The position numbers were made by a program, and so were the translations under genes. Positions 1 to 11,069 of a DNA stretch of 64,000 nt are shown here, piece by piece. The stretch is from Pelagomonas calceolata. Taxonomy: Eukaryota. The notes under the pieces are model-generated. The model was not told the origin of the DNA, ran no database searches, and saw nothing but the letters and a program-made list of their open reading frames with translations. Position 1 is the first letter of the stretch, and every line of letters starts with the position of its first letter. The stretch covers positions 2,542,001-2,606,000 of the forward strand of contig CAKKNE010000006.1 in NCBI GenBank assembly GCA_918797485.1, read 5' to 3'.

Positions 1-218
1 GTCGGCGTCGCCGTGGGCGTCATCGTGGGCGTGGGCGTCGTGGGCTTCGGCGTCGGCTCGGGCGTCGGCGTCGCCGTCGGGCCGATCGTGGGACCCGTCG
101 TGGGCGACGGCGTCGGCTTCGGCGTGGGCTTCGGCGTCGGCGCGTACATGTAGTACGGCGTCTTCGCCTCGGCGAGCGGCGCGAAGGCCGCCAGCATGGC
201 GAGTCGCCTCAGGATCAT
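1..218 (-). CDS. Secreted Pro/Thr-repeat (mucin-like) protein, 5' part; runs off window start
   Basis: ATG at 218 gives MILRRLAMLAAFAPLAEAKTPYYMYAPTPKPTPKPTPSPTT...: signal-peptide-like start followed by PT repeats, open to position 1. Confidence 0.75.
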   Translation of the reverse strand, partial: MILRRLAMLAAFAPLAEAKTPYYMYAPTPKPTPKPTPSPTTGPTIGPTATPTPEPTPKPTTPTPTMTPTATP

Positions 219-1115
219 GGTCGCCTGCGAAAACGGAGGGCGGTTAACCATCATGTCAAAAAATTCGTGTGTGAGCGGCCGCGCGCGGGGCCCGTGGGCG
301 CACGACCGGCGGGCTTGCGTTGGAGCCAGGGGCGCGCCGCGGGCGCGCCGCGGCGGCCGGTAGACCAAGCCGCGGACGCCGCCCGGCGGGAACGGAAGGG
401 CCGCTGGCCCGCCCGCCGGAGCGCCGCGCCGCGCTCCGGGGCCACGCCGCCGTCGGTGCAGCCCCGCCCCAGCACCCGCGCGTCGCGTGCCGCGCCGCTT
501 CCACGTTACGCGCCATGTGATATCGGACTCGGGGCAGGACGTTGTTACGGCGCGAGCTGCCCTTTCAGGCGCGTCAAGCAGCCGTGAGCGACTTATAGAA
601 CCACAACAGGCTCGGCGTGTTGTGTGGGCAGCCAGCAGGGTGCGGCAGGGCCAAATATTGGTCGATCGGGCTGGGCGAGCTGAAAAAAGCTGGCCTGCAC
701 TTTTGGCTTAAGCGGTAACGCCACTAGCATACACGCGCGCCTCGGGGCAAAGGACGCCTCCGGAGCGAGCCGCCCGGCGACGACTCCCCCGGCGCCGCGC
801 ACAACAACACCTCGGACGCCTCACCCCCAAATACCCTTTTCCCCCGCCTGTCGTCGCACCGACCGCCGGGCAGCTTCAACAACTCTCGAAACAAGGGTCC
901 GCCGCGCGGGGACCGCTCGGCGCGGCCCGCGCGCCCCGACGGCAAACGATTTTGTTTTGCCGCCGCGCACCGTATAGGCCGCCGAGCGCTAGCTCGTGGT
1001 CCGGCAGCCGCGAGGCATCACTGTAAGAGGCCGCCGCGCCGTACGGTTGCTCCACCGCGTCGTCGGACGCCCGAGCGGCTGGGGAGTCCAACCGGTGGGC
1101 AGCCACAGGGCAGCC

Positions 1116-4100
1116 ATGCCGCCGCGCAGCCCGAGCGGTGACGACGACGAGCGGTCGCCGCGCACGCCGCGCGAGGACGACGCCCGCAGCACGGCCTCGT
1201 CGCAACGGTCCGCGCACAAGGACGACGACGACGCCCGCAGCACGACGTCGAGCCGGCGGTCCGCGCGCAAGACGCCACGTGATGAAGAGGACGACGACCT
1301 CGCGTCGGTCCAGTCCGAGCAGGACGCCGCCGTCGCGAAGGCTCGGGCCTTGCGCCTATTACTAGCCTTCGAGGACTCGGGACACAAACTGAACGACGTC
1401 CTGAAAAGCAAAGACTACGACGCCGAGGCTTTGTTGGATGCCTTCGTGGGCCGGGAACATTTGAAGGAGCTTGGTAATGATGAATGCGATGCATTGATAG
1501 CGAAAGCCGGCGACGGCGTCAATGTCACGAGAGACCAACTCGGCCACTGGCTCAAGCTGGAACGGTCGCGGCTCTGCGAGGAGCTCATGCAGCGCCTCGC
1601 GCCGGCGCCCGCGCCGGCGCCGGCGCCGGCCGTGCCCGAAGGTGAAGCGGTACCCATGTCGCCGCTGTCGCCGGCGCGCTCCGATATATCAAACGGGAGC
1701 GACCTCGGTGATTTATTATTTTCGCGCCTCGACACGCTGCCGCGCGAGGCCGGCGCGGCGGCGGCCGCCGCCGAGGCTGCGGCGCGGCAGCGGGCGCGGG
1801 ATCGAGCAAGAGCTTTGGCAAGGCGCCACCGGCGCGCGGCACGCGAGGGCCGCATCCAGAAGGGCGACTGGGCCCGGTCCTCTTTTAGACTACAGCCCGT
1901 CGTCGAGCGGGCGCCGCTGACGATGGACACGGCGCCCGTTTTTTGCAGTGTTGTGAATGACCTTGAACGTGGCTCGCGGCGATGGCGTCTTTGTGAGCCC
2001 ACGATGCCGTCGACGTGACCGTCAGAGAGTCTACGTGAACGTGGCGTGGTCGCGTCGATGGCGTCGAGCGGTGCCACGTCGCCCCGACGCCGTCGAGGCG
2101 GCCGCACGAGAGTCCAAGCGCCTCGCGAACGATCACGACGGTATCAACACGCAGGTCAAGGTCCAGGCGGCCTACCGCGGCTTCAAGAGCCGCGTCGGTA
2201 GACGTAGAGACCGGCGCGCGGCGCGGGACATCCAGACGGCTTATAGAGCGTCGAAAGCGCGCTTCGCCGCCAAAGTCATGAGAAGGCGACGAAAAAGATT
2301 GGAGAGAGACAGCAACGAGCGCCACGAGCGTTCGAAACGCTTGCAGCAGTTGCGGGGCGAGTTGGAGCGCTTGAAAGCCTCACCGGCCGAACTCGCCTCA
2401 GCATATGCCACGGTCCATGCTAAAAGAAGGGAAGAGCGCTTGAAGAGGTGGCGCGACGAGGAGGCGGAGATCATGAAGGACCTTCCGGGAGACGACTACG
2501 TCAATGAAAATGATATTGTTTGTGACTACTCCGTCGCATCGTCGACGCCGACGAAGAGTAGCAAGGAGGGCGACTCCGTCGAACAAGCCATGAATCCGGA
2601 GGAGAACAAGGAGAACATATCTCTAGAAGACGCGGACGCTGTTGAAAGGCACACGATCAAGATGTACCGCCAGTCACTGAACGATGAGACCTTTGCGGAG
2701 AAGGTCGCGGCAGGCTTGGCTGTGGAGCTGCCTCCGACACTCGTAGGACCGGACCCTGATAGTAAAGAGGAGAAAGACCTCCGATTGAAGGATCTGCGGG
2801 AGCGCGTGGAGAGGAAAGCACATGAAAGGCAAGCGAAATCAGAAGCGAAAGGGCTGGAGAGTGTAGTAGATCCGAGAGGCACGCCGGTCATGAATTTCGG
2901 GGAGCCCCTCAAGTGGATTCCGTCCAAGAAGTTCAAGCGACGGCCCATGGTCGCGTCGCTACCCGCGTGGAAATCAACCAGTGCGTCGGGCGCACTGGCC
3001 CTGTCGAGCAGTGAGGAACCAGCATGAACGCACCGTAAACTTTTGATTTCCACGCAGGTCGCTGCTGAAGAAGGCCCAGGAGGCCGAGGAGCAGGGGCGA
3101 GATGGCGACGAAGCCATCCAGGCGGAGATGAAGCCGTTCATGGATCAAGCGAGGGAGGAGCTCGGCAAGTCAAAAGAGGAGCCTCCGAAGCAGAAGAAGG
3201 ACAAGGGTTACACGCCTGGCTTTGTGAACAACAAGGGCGAGCATGTCGGCGTTACTCTCGATAGTTCCGGCACGACGGGTGCGCAGAAGACCTACGTCGA
3301 GTACTTCCAGGCCCGAGCTCGAGCAAGGGAATTGATGGTGGCCAAAAAAGCGACTGATGGCGAACGGGAGAAGATGCGTGCTGAAAGAGCCAAGATTCTG
3401 AAGCGGGCCCAGGGCTTGGTCGAACGGTTACAAAACCCGCCCAAGATCGAGTTGTCGGAGTCGTTAGGCGAGCCCGCGGACTTGGACCTCAACGATCCCG
3501 AGGAAGGTAGTGACGATCCCCGGGGCTGGTGGCGATTACCACCGGCAGGCGAGGATCGCGAGCGAGCCCAACAAGCCCATAAAAACGCGGTGGAAGCCCA
3601 TGAAAATAGGGACAAGTGGTTCTACGCGTCCGTGCCGGAAGATGCCTCGACGGTCGGTATTGATATACGCAAGGCGGGCCAGCCGAACGTGCCCTGGCCT
3701 TTTCCTTCGAAGCACCTGAAAAACGTTCCGGGTCCGGAACCGATGGATCCCGACACGGCGTCGCTCTACTGGTGGAACTGGGCGCGGAAGGGTCTTGACG
3801 ACGACATCGACAAGCGGACCGAGAAGCTCCTGGAGCACGCCGAGAAGCAGGCTCGAGCGTTGGATTTATCTGATGAGGGGACGGAGGCGGCGGTCGTCGC
3901 CGCGAGGTGTAGAGTGGTACTAGCTGCGAACGCGTCGAAGGCTACATTGAGGGAGCACTCCGAGGCGCTGCTGGAGCGAGTACGATTAGGTCCTGCTGGA
4001 AGGTTATTACAAGCTCGGGAACATGTGAAAGAAAGAAGGAAACACGTCGACCGCCTCGCGGAGCAGTACAAACTTTACTTGCTCGGCCAGAAATTACTCG

Positions 4101-4759
4101 GTAAAAAAGCGGGGCCGTCACCTTGGGCCGAAAAGAAGGATACGTCTTCAGACAAACTGCGCGAGCGGTATCTGATCCAACTCCAGGCCTGGTGGCGGGG
4201 CCAGGGCTATCGAAGGAGGACCTTCCGGGAGAAGCGCGACCGGCGGGTCGTGAACGCTTTAGCTACGCTAGTCGCGGAGTTGGGGGGAGACGCGTCGGGC
4301 GTCGCCGCCGCGGCCTCGGGCCTGTCCGACGTCTTCTCGCAGCGCAAGAAGGCCGCGCCGCCGCCGCGGGTGCCGCCGTCGGCCGCGCGCGTCTCGCGCG
4401 CCACCTCCGCCGTGCGCTTCTCTTCTGATGAAGCGCCTCCATTATCACGGCCGCCGTCCGTCGCCTCGTCGCGGCGGCCGTCTGTTGAATCAGTGCCCGA
4501 GGCCGCGCCGCCGTCGCCGTCGCCGCGGCCCTCCGTCTCTGAGGTCGCCGACGAGCCGCCGGCGTCACAAGAGTCGAGCGCGCGCCCGACGCCGCGGCAG
4601 CAGCTCTTTGTCGCAGAAACGCCAGCCGTCGTCCAGGAGCGGTCCGCGAAGGTGCGCGCGGCCGAGGCGTCCGCGCAAGCGTCCGAGGAGCGGCGGCGGA
4701 ACGCGACGGGGGCGAAGCGGCTCGCCGACCCCTCCGCGACGGGGCCGCCGCGGCTCTAA
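1116..4759 (+). CDS. Large coiled-coil protein with IQ calmodulin-binding motifs (multi-exon)
   Basis: ORFs 996-2018, 1957-3027 and 3128-4759 join. Removing intron 2955-3057 puts ...RPMVA in frame with SLLKKAQE...MKPFM. A further intron probably ends at CACGCAG 2154, donor unresolved. IQ-like motifs VQAAYRGF, IQTAYR, LQAWWRG. Confidence 0.7.
2963..3057. mobile_element. Introner element forming GT-AG intron 2955-3057
   Basis: TIRs CCGCGTGGAAATCAA (2963-2977) and TTGATTTCCACGCAG (3043-3057); TSD GTCGCTAC (2955-2962) / GTCGCTGC (3058-3065); removal restores the frame. Confidence 0.9.
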
Positions 4760-4947
4760 TTTTATAGTTTGGATCATATATTTGCTGTTCCGGTGCTGCA
4801 CAGATCCAGAAGATCGTGATTGTGTCTTGGCGGCGACGGCGTGGAGGGGATTGGGTCTAGCAGCCTTCGCACGACTCCCTACAGACGCCCTTGCAGGCGA
4901 TGGGAGGCGCGCGCTTCCCGGCCCGCGGCTACTAGTGCTTTTTACAG

Positions 4948-5073
4948 AGTGAGATTGCAGAAGTGATTGCAGTGCCAAGGGCTCATGGTGCAGCACCACC
5001 GATATTGCGAAGTGAGATTGCGGAAGTGATTGCAGTGCCAAGGGCTCAGCGTGCAGCCCCACCGACATAGCGT
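4948..5073. repeat. Two tandem copies of a 63-bp unit upstream of a secreted-protein gene
   Basis: AGTGAGATTGCRGAAGTGATTGCAGTGCCAAGGGCTCA at 4948 and 5011. Confidence 0.85.
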
Positions 5074-5093
5074 GCACCACAGGGCTGCCTAAG

Positions 5094-5951
5094 ATGAACA
5101 AGCTCCTTCTGCTGGCGTTCGCCGCTGCCGGTACCCCCCTGGATTATCATCCTGACGCTGGTTGGTGTGACGGCCCCAACCATCCAGATGACTGCCAAAT
5201 GGATGATGGTATTGCGTGTCCGAGCGGCGAGAACGCAGAGATCGCGGCGGCTTGCTGGGCCGTCTGCGAAGCAAAGTACCCAAACCTGGTGGCGGTAGAT
5301 ATCACAGCAGTAGACGAAGACGACGACGTCTATGAAGGCATGTGTCAATGCTGCTGCTCATCTGAGTGTACTTGCCTTAGCGATATCGAAAGCTCTTCCT
5401 TAGCGGTGCAATCGGGCTTGGCCTTGCCGGGCCCCTGCAGCCCAATACCGTGGCTCGCCTGCACCGACGAAGTGAGGACGTGCACGATGTCTGAGACCAA
5501 TTATATGTCTCGCGGCTCCAACTGTAACAGCGGCAACTACCGTCGCGTGCCGGGGGCGATAGCTCCTAGCGATTTCTCCTTCGAGGTTTGCAGCGCCGCC
5601 TGCATCGCGGACGTGTACTGCATCGGCATAGAGACCCACGCGGACCATGCCAGCGACATTGGGACATACTTATATTGGGACAATTGCCTGATGATCTTCG
5701 AGGACAGTTTTGAGGACTGTCCGGACGGAGATAATACTTTCTACCCGAAGGATTGCCAGTGCCCGCCGGCGCCGACGCCGCGGCCCTCATGTTTTTCAAT
5801 TCTTGGTCGAAAAGAATGCGAATCTAACGACGACGACGACGACGATGATCGTATGAGGCGCGACGAGGAATGGTTCGGGTCCGACGCGGCGGCGCGCGGC
5901 CCGCTCCTCGTGGTCTTCATCGGCGCTGTCGCCGCGGCGCTCGCGCACTAG
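5094..5951 (+). CDS. Cys-rich secreted, possibly GPI-anchored surface protein
   Basis: Signal peptide MNKLLLLAFAAAG, many Cys, hydrophobic C-terminus GPLLVVFIGAVAAALAH. Confidence 0.75.
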   Translation: MNKLLLLAFAAAGTPLDYHPDAGWCDGPNHPDDCQMDDGIACPSGENAEIAAACWAVCEAKYPNLVAVDITAVDEDDDVYEGMCQCCCSSECTCLSDIESSSLAVQSGLALPGPCSPIPWLACTDEVRTCTMSETNYMSRGSNCNSGNYRRVPGAIAPSDFSFEVCSAACIADVYCIGIETHADHASDIGTYLYWDNCLMIFEDSFEDCPDGDNTFYPKDCQCPPAPTPRPSCFSILGRKECESNDDDDDDDRMRRDEEWFGSDAAARGPLLVVFIGAVAAALAH

Positions 5952-6109
5952 AATTCACTACAAATGTTCCCCCAATCAACATCAACAACGTCATCGCGAG
6001 TCGCCCGGGCCGGACCTACTCCGCCCGCGGCCGCCGGCTCCTCTCCTCTTTGAATCGCTCGGGCGCCTCGACCGCTGGTTTTCGCACTAAGACGCCATTA
6101 TTCATAGTC

Positions 6110-7336
6110 TTAAACGCGGGCGGCCTCCGCCGCGGCGGCCTCGGGCGCCGGCGAGGCGTCGGCCGGCGCGGCCGGACAAGACGGGGGGAGCGACGCCGGC
6201 GGGGGGAGCGGCGCCGGCGGCGGGAGCGAAAGGATCTTCTCGCGGAGCTGGTAGGCCTGGAGGAAGAGCCTGGCCCGGTTCTGGCGCAGGTACTTGAGCA
6301 GGTCCTCGATCTTCCGCTTCAGCCGGGGGATCTCGCCCTTGGTGAGATTGGTCTGCGCGAGGAGCTTCGGCAGCTTGATGATGAGGCGGACGAGGTGCTC
6401 GGCGCCTGTGTGGAAAGTAAAACCAGTGAGTCGGGTGCACCCGACAATTCTTCACTAAGTCATTTCTCGGCGATGACGCGACCGTCCTGGCTCCGTCGAG
6501 CGGTGAGGAACCGGCATCGCCACGCCATCGAGCAGGCGTCGCGTCGATGGCGTGGAGGACGACGCGATGATTCAGCACGATCGCGCCGTAAAATTTTGAT
6601 TTCCACACAGCTCGGCGCCGTAGAGGCGGCTCGGCGCGCCGCGGCCGCGCGCGCGGAGGTCGTACTGCTGGCGCTCCTGGCGGTAGAGGAGCAGGCGCGG
6701 CAGCGCGGCGTCGAAGTAGCTGATCAGGGCGCCGGCGAAGTCGCGCCACGCCTGGCCGTGGGCGCCGCCCTGGCGCTTCGTCGCGGCGTAGGTCTGGAGC
6801 AGGTCGGCGACGCACGGCTTCCGGGGCAGCGGCGCCCAGTGGATCGGCTTCCCGACGATCTGCTCCCAGTCGTGCGCGACGACGAGCCGGATGTCGCGCG
6901 ACAGCGGCGGCAGCTTGAGCTGGTCGTCGCCGCCGTCGGCGGCGACGCCGTCGGCGGCTCCCGTCTCGAGCGCGGCGCGCGCCGACGTGCCGGGCGGGGG
7001 GGCGCCCTCCTCGGCCGCGGCCGCGGCCGCGGCCGCGCGCCGGCCCTCTTTCGTCCGGCGGTCCAGCTTCTTCGCCGGCTTCTTCGCCAGCTTCCTCGCC
7101 GCCGGCTTCTTCGGCTTCGCGGCGGCGGCTTTCTTCCGGCGCGGCGGCGGCGGCGGCGCGGGATCGACCACAAGCGCCGGCGCCGGAGGCGGCGGCGCCG
7201 CCGCCGGCTTCGACGGTGCAGGCACGGGCGGCGCCGCGCGCGGCTGCATGCCTGCTGCAGGCACGGGCGGCGGCGGCGCGCGCGGAGGTGCTGCAGATGC
7301 ATCTTGAATCGCCCATGGATAGGGGCCGTGATCCAT
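6110..7336 (-). CDS. MRG-domain chromatin protein (MRG15/Eaf3-like) with one introner intron
   Basis: After splicing 6406-6618 (GC-AG, 213 nt): ...YFDAALPRLLLYRQERQQY...PSRLYGAEHLVRLIIKLPKLL..., the MRG-domain signature; stop TAA at 6110-6112. Confidence 0.85.
6406..6610. mobile_element. Introner element (205 bp), best-preserved copy; GC-AG intron on - strand
   Basis: TIRs CTGTGTGGAAA / TTTCCACACAG; perfect TSD CTCGGCGC at 6398-6405 and 6611-6618. Confidence 0.95.
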
Positions 7337-7701
7337 GGTTGCTGGACGTCAGTTTTAGAATGCCCAAGGCCCTAGCCTAGCCTGATTTTACCCCCGGTTT
7401 TGATTTGGCCTTGCTCTTGCTAGTGCCTTTCCGCCGCTAGCCCTACTTTTGCGGCTTGCCGCGCTCTGAACTATTTGAGCAGGCTCCTGCTACCTGCATA
7501 GCCAGCCCCGAGAGGCCAAGCTCTGTGCTCAAGAGTCACGCACTTTTCCTGTGCTGTGGGACGCTCCAGGATTTCGAGCTGACTGCCTCCGCACTGTTTC
7601 GCCTCGGAGCTCGTTCACGCGGCGTCACAAGAAGTCTCGAAAGAAGCCACGGCAGCCAAGGGCCATAGGTGCTACAAACTAGCTATAGGAGAAAGCCAAA
7701 A

Positions 7702-8670
7702 ATGGAGGCGGCCCGCCGCGTCGTCGAACGAGTCCTACGAGCCACCTACCCCTTCGCCACGTATCTGCCCCAGTACTACCTGCTCCAAAAAACGAGCAAG
7801 GAAGGCTTCGCGCCGGCGACGTGTCTGGCAGCTCTACTCGCGCGGACGCTGAGCATAGCTGCCTGGGCGAACGGCGCCCAGCCCAGGGACGCGTCCGCGC
7901 CGGCCGGCGGCGCGCTCGGTATTTTGGTGCAGCTGCTGCTCTTGGACGCCGTCGTGCAGGCGAAGCGCAAGAAGGCCGGCCGGCTCGCGCAGAAGAAGCG
8001 CTACGGCGCGACGACGCGGCAATTGGGACGGGAGGTCCGTGCGGTCATACGCGCGGCGTGCCGCGACCGCGACCGGGAGCTCGCGACGGAGCGGTTCCGG
8101 AAACTATGGAAGGCGTTCTGGGCCTGGGACGAGCTCGGGCCCTACGTCGAGGTCGTCGTCGTCTTCGCGCTTTACTTAATTGCGGCGTCGTGTTTGCTGC
8201 GGTTCCGGTGGTGGCGAACTTTATTAGTGACGGCCGCGGCGGCGGCGGACGCCGCCGCGCCAGTTCCACAAATCGTGCGTATAATACGACGGCGCGACGC
8301 GGCGGGGGTCTCCGCTTTCACCATATTGCTGCGGCTCGCGGGCGGCGTGGTCGGTGCGCGGCTCGGCGCGCGGCCGCGGTTCAGTGTGCTACAGGCGGGC
8401 CTCGACGCGTGCCTGTGCGTGCAGCTCGCGTGGTACTCGCCGCCGTTGACGCGCGTCCGCGGCGTGATAAGCGCGGCGCTCGAGCCGCTCGCCGCGCTCG
8501 CGCGGCGCGGCGCTCAGCGGCTCCGCGCGTACCGGCGGCGGTCGTACGCCCGCGTGCCGACGGGCGAGGCGCCGCCGGCGGCGCCTTCACAACGGCTCGA
8601 GGAGGGCTCCGCGTCGCCGCGGCGCGAGAGCCCGGCCAAGGAGGCGGCGGCCGCCGGAGCGGGTGAGTAG
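7702..8670 (+). CDS. PQ-loop repeat membrane protein (SLC66/PQLC1-like)
   Basis: Two PQ motifs (YLPQY...EGFA; PVPQIVRIIRRRDAAGVS) and hydrophobic helices. Confidence 0.75.
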   Translation: MEAARRVVERVLRATYPFATYLPQYYLLQKTSKEGFAPATCLAALLARTLSIAAWANGAQPRDASAPAGGALGILVQLLLLDAVVQAKRKKAGRLAQKKRYGATTRQLGREVRAVIRAACRDRDRELATERFRKLWKAFWAWDELGPYVEVVVVFALYLIAASCLLRFRWWRTLLVTAAAAADAAAPVPQIVRIIRRRDAAGVSAFTILLRLAGGVVGARLGARPRFSVLQAGLDACLCVQLAWYSPPLTRVRGVISAALEPLAALARRGAQRLRAYRRRSYARVPTGEAPPAAPSQRLEEGSASPRRESPAKEAAAAGAGE

Positions 8671-8989
8671 GGATTGGTTTTGTGGTTTCTACTCCTGCCA
8701 CTGCCGGTCCCCAAATCTTGCAGCAAATTCTTGCTAGTGTCTTACAGGCCGCTCTAGAGATTGCCTACTAGCGACTACTATGAGGCTCGACGGCGTCGAG
8801 GGCGTAGTACGAGGTCTTAGGGCGGTCGGGGGCGGAGCCCGAGCGGTTCAAGGAGGAGGGGAGCCAGCGGTCAAGGGCGGAGTAGGTCCGCGCCGAGCGA
8901 CTCGGAGAGCGATCGTGATGATGGGGGGAATCTGCAGAGGAATTGGGCGACGTGGCCTAGAGCGCCGCGGCGGCGGTGGCGAGGATGCG

Positions 8990-10060
8990 CTAGAAGGCGG
9001 GGGGCACGCCCGCGTCGTCAAGGAACGCCATGGTGACCTCCTTCATGGACGCCCACTTGTTGAACGCGTCTGGATTCGCGGGGAGCGGCCCGTGCTTCGC
9101 GCGCAGCGCGGCGCCCTTCCCGGTCGTGTTGTACCACGTCGCGAGCGGCGCGTAAACCATGTTCACACGGCGCGGCGAGCACACTCCCTCCTGAGAGACA
9201 TCGACCTCCACGCCGCCCAGGGTGATTGGGGCCGGCGGCGGCGCCTCGCCCTTTGGTATTCCGCTCTGCGTTGTTTTGTGCCGGGCCTTGTACGCGGGGC
9301 AGCCCGTACACGTGAAGCAGCACAGCGCGACGCAGCACAAGATGAAGACGAGGCCGCCGCACGCGAGGCCGGCGACGAGGCCGACGTTCAGCTCGCAGCA
9401 GTCGTCCTCGTCCTCGGCGCAGCACACGTCCTTCATGCACTCGAAGTCCGAGTCGGTCGAGAAGGTGCTTCCGGTGATATAGTCGTCGTCGTCGATCGGG
9501 TTGTCGCACGAAGACCGCTCGCCGCAATCCGTGCAGTCCGTGCCACAGGCGCACAAGGACGTCGTAGCCCCAGTCTGTCCGTCGTCGCACTCCCCGTCGA
9601 CGAAATGAATGCACGAGTTCGAGCAGCCTGAATAGGTGTCGGTCACGGTGTAGTCGCACGAAGCCCGCTCGCCGCAGTCGGAGCAGTCCGTGCCACACGC
9701 GCAGTACCAGTTCACACTTCCAGCCTCCCCGTCGCCACATGCCCCGTTGTTGGCATATATGCACGAGTCGTCGCAGACCGAGAGGCGGCGACTCGTCTGG
9801 TCAGCCGCTTCTGTCTTGTCGCCCGCGTCGATGCGACCCTGGCGCTGTATGGCTTGGAACTTGTTGAGGTCCGCCTTGTCTCCCGCCTCGAGGCGGCGAC
9901 GGAACAAAGTCGGCGTCCAGTCGGCAATTTTGCTGGACTCCTCGTAAAAAGCGCCGCACTGTACATCCCACATGCCATTTTTGGCGATGTTGCAATCCTT
10001 GCATGCGGCGGAGGCGCCGACCGCGAGGGCGAGGATCGCAAGGAGGTGCTTCGTAAACAT
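8990..10060 (-). CDS. Type I membrane protein with two Cys-rich CxxSC...CACGTDCxDCG repeats
   Basis: Signal peptide, two CACGTDCxDCGER repeats, TM segment followed by a Cys-rich juxtamembrane stretch. Confidence 0.8.
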   Translation of the reverse strand: MFTKHLLAILALAVGASAACKDCNIAKNGMWDVQCGAFYEESSKIADWTPTLFRRRLEAGDKADLNKFQAIQRQGRIDAGDKTEAADQTSRRLSVCDDSCIYANNGACGDGEAGSVNWYCACGTDCSDCGERASCDYTVTDTYSGCSNSCIHFVDGECDDGQTGATTSLCACGTDCTDCGERSSCDNPIDDDDYITGSTFSTDSDFECMKDVCCAEDEDDCCELNVGLVAGLACGGLVFILCCVALCCFTCTGCPAYKARHKTTQSGIPKGEAPPPAPITLGGVEVDVSQEGVCSPRRVNMVYAPLATWYNTTGKGAALRAKHGPLPANPDAFNKWASMKEVTMAFLDDAGVPPAF

Positions 10061-10248
10061 AGTTGTGTCTAGTGCGTGGGCAGCCTTAAAATGGCTGTCG
10101 ACGTAGAAACCCGCGAGCTCAGGAGGCCCGGGGCTCGATCGTGGGCAGCCTTAAGCGAGCTTGTTGCCTAGCCTAGCATCAGATTCTGGCGGCGCTAGTA
10201 TCTTACTACGCTAGCTGGGTTACAGGGCTGGCTCAGTGCAGCGCTGCC

Positions 10249-11046
10249 ATGCGAGCCCTCGCATCTTTCCTCGCCCTGCGCTGCGCCGCGCCGCCGCGCA
10301 GGGTGCTCCTGCGAGCGCTGACGAGTGACGGCGAGAACGTGCACGCGGCCTGGACGAAGGAGGACGACTGGAAGCTCTGGCAGCATCGCGACGACGCTGA
10401 CGTCGCGGAGCTCCTGGGCCGCAAGGCCGGTGGCGTCGCGGCGCGGCTGAAAAAGCTCGAGGACCCGGCGTCGACGGCGGCGAAGCGGCTCTTCGGGGAA
10501 GTGGAGGCGGAGGAGACGATCGACATGGAAGACTACCTCGCGCTGGACGACGACGCGCTGCTGCGCCAGTGCCGAATTGATTACAGGCGAGACTCCGGGC
10601 CCGGCGGCCAGAAACGCAATAAAGTGGAGTCCGCCGTGCGGCTGACGCACACGACGAGCGGCGTCGTGGCGAACGCCATGGAAGACCGGTCGCAGCACGT
10701 CAACAAGCGCCGGGCGCTGCGGCGGCTGCGGACGAACATCGCACATAATGTAAGGAGGCCCGTCGATCTGGATGAGCCCTTCGATAATGATGATGCGTGC
10801 GCGGGCCTGCTGCCGTGGACGTCCGCTCAAAGAATAGGCGCAAAGAGCGCGCTGCGGCCGAGAGCCGAGCAGGCGCTGCTCGACGTCCTCGAGGCTTGTA
10901 ACGGTTCGATCGGCGACGCCGCTACTTATCTGGGCGGCTCGACGGGGCAGCTGTCGAAAGTCCTTACAAAAGACACGCGTCTCAAGGACGCGGCGAACGC
11001 GATCAGAAGAAACTTCGACCTCGGGCCGCTACGCTCACGAAAATAA
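10249..11046 (+). CDS. Class I peptide release factor (RF-1/GGQ) domain protein, probably organellar
   Basis: SGPGGQKRNKVESAVRLTH...EDRSQHVNKRRALRRLR; transit-like N-terminus. Confidence 0.85.
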   Translation: MRALASFLALRCAAPPRRVLLRALTSDGENVHAAWTKEDDWKLWQHRDDADVAELLGRKAGGVAARLKKLEDPASTAAKRLFGEVEAEETIDMEDYLALDDDALLRQCRIDYRRDSGPGGQKRNKVESAVRLTHTTSGVVANAMEDRSQHVNKRRALRRLRTNIAHNVRRPVDLDEPFDNDDACAGLLPWTSAQRIGAKSALRPRAEQALLDVLEACNGSIGDAATYLGGSTGQLSKVLTKDTRLKDAANAIRRNFDLGPLRSRK

Positions 11047-11069
11047 ATAGTATGTGTAATTAACAGGTG

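Noticed and set aside
5870..7375. 501-aa + strand ORF, and many other long Arg/Ala/Pro-rich overlapping ORFs in the track
   Set aside because: Antisense or alternate-frame shadows of real genes in very high-GC DNA; this one lies opposite the MRG gene and reads through an introner.
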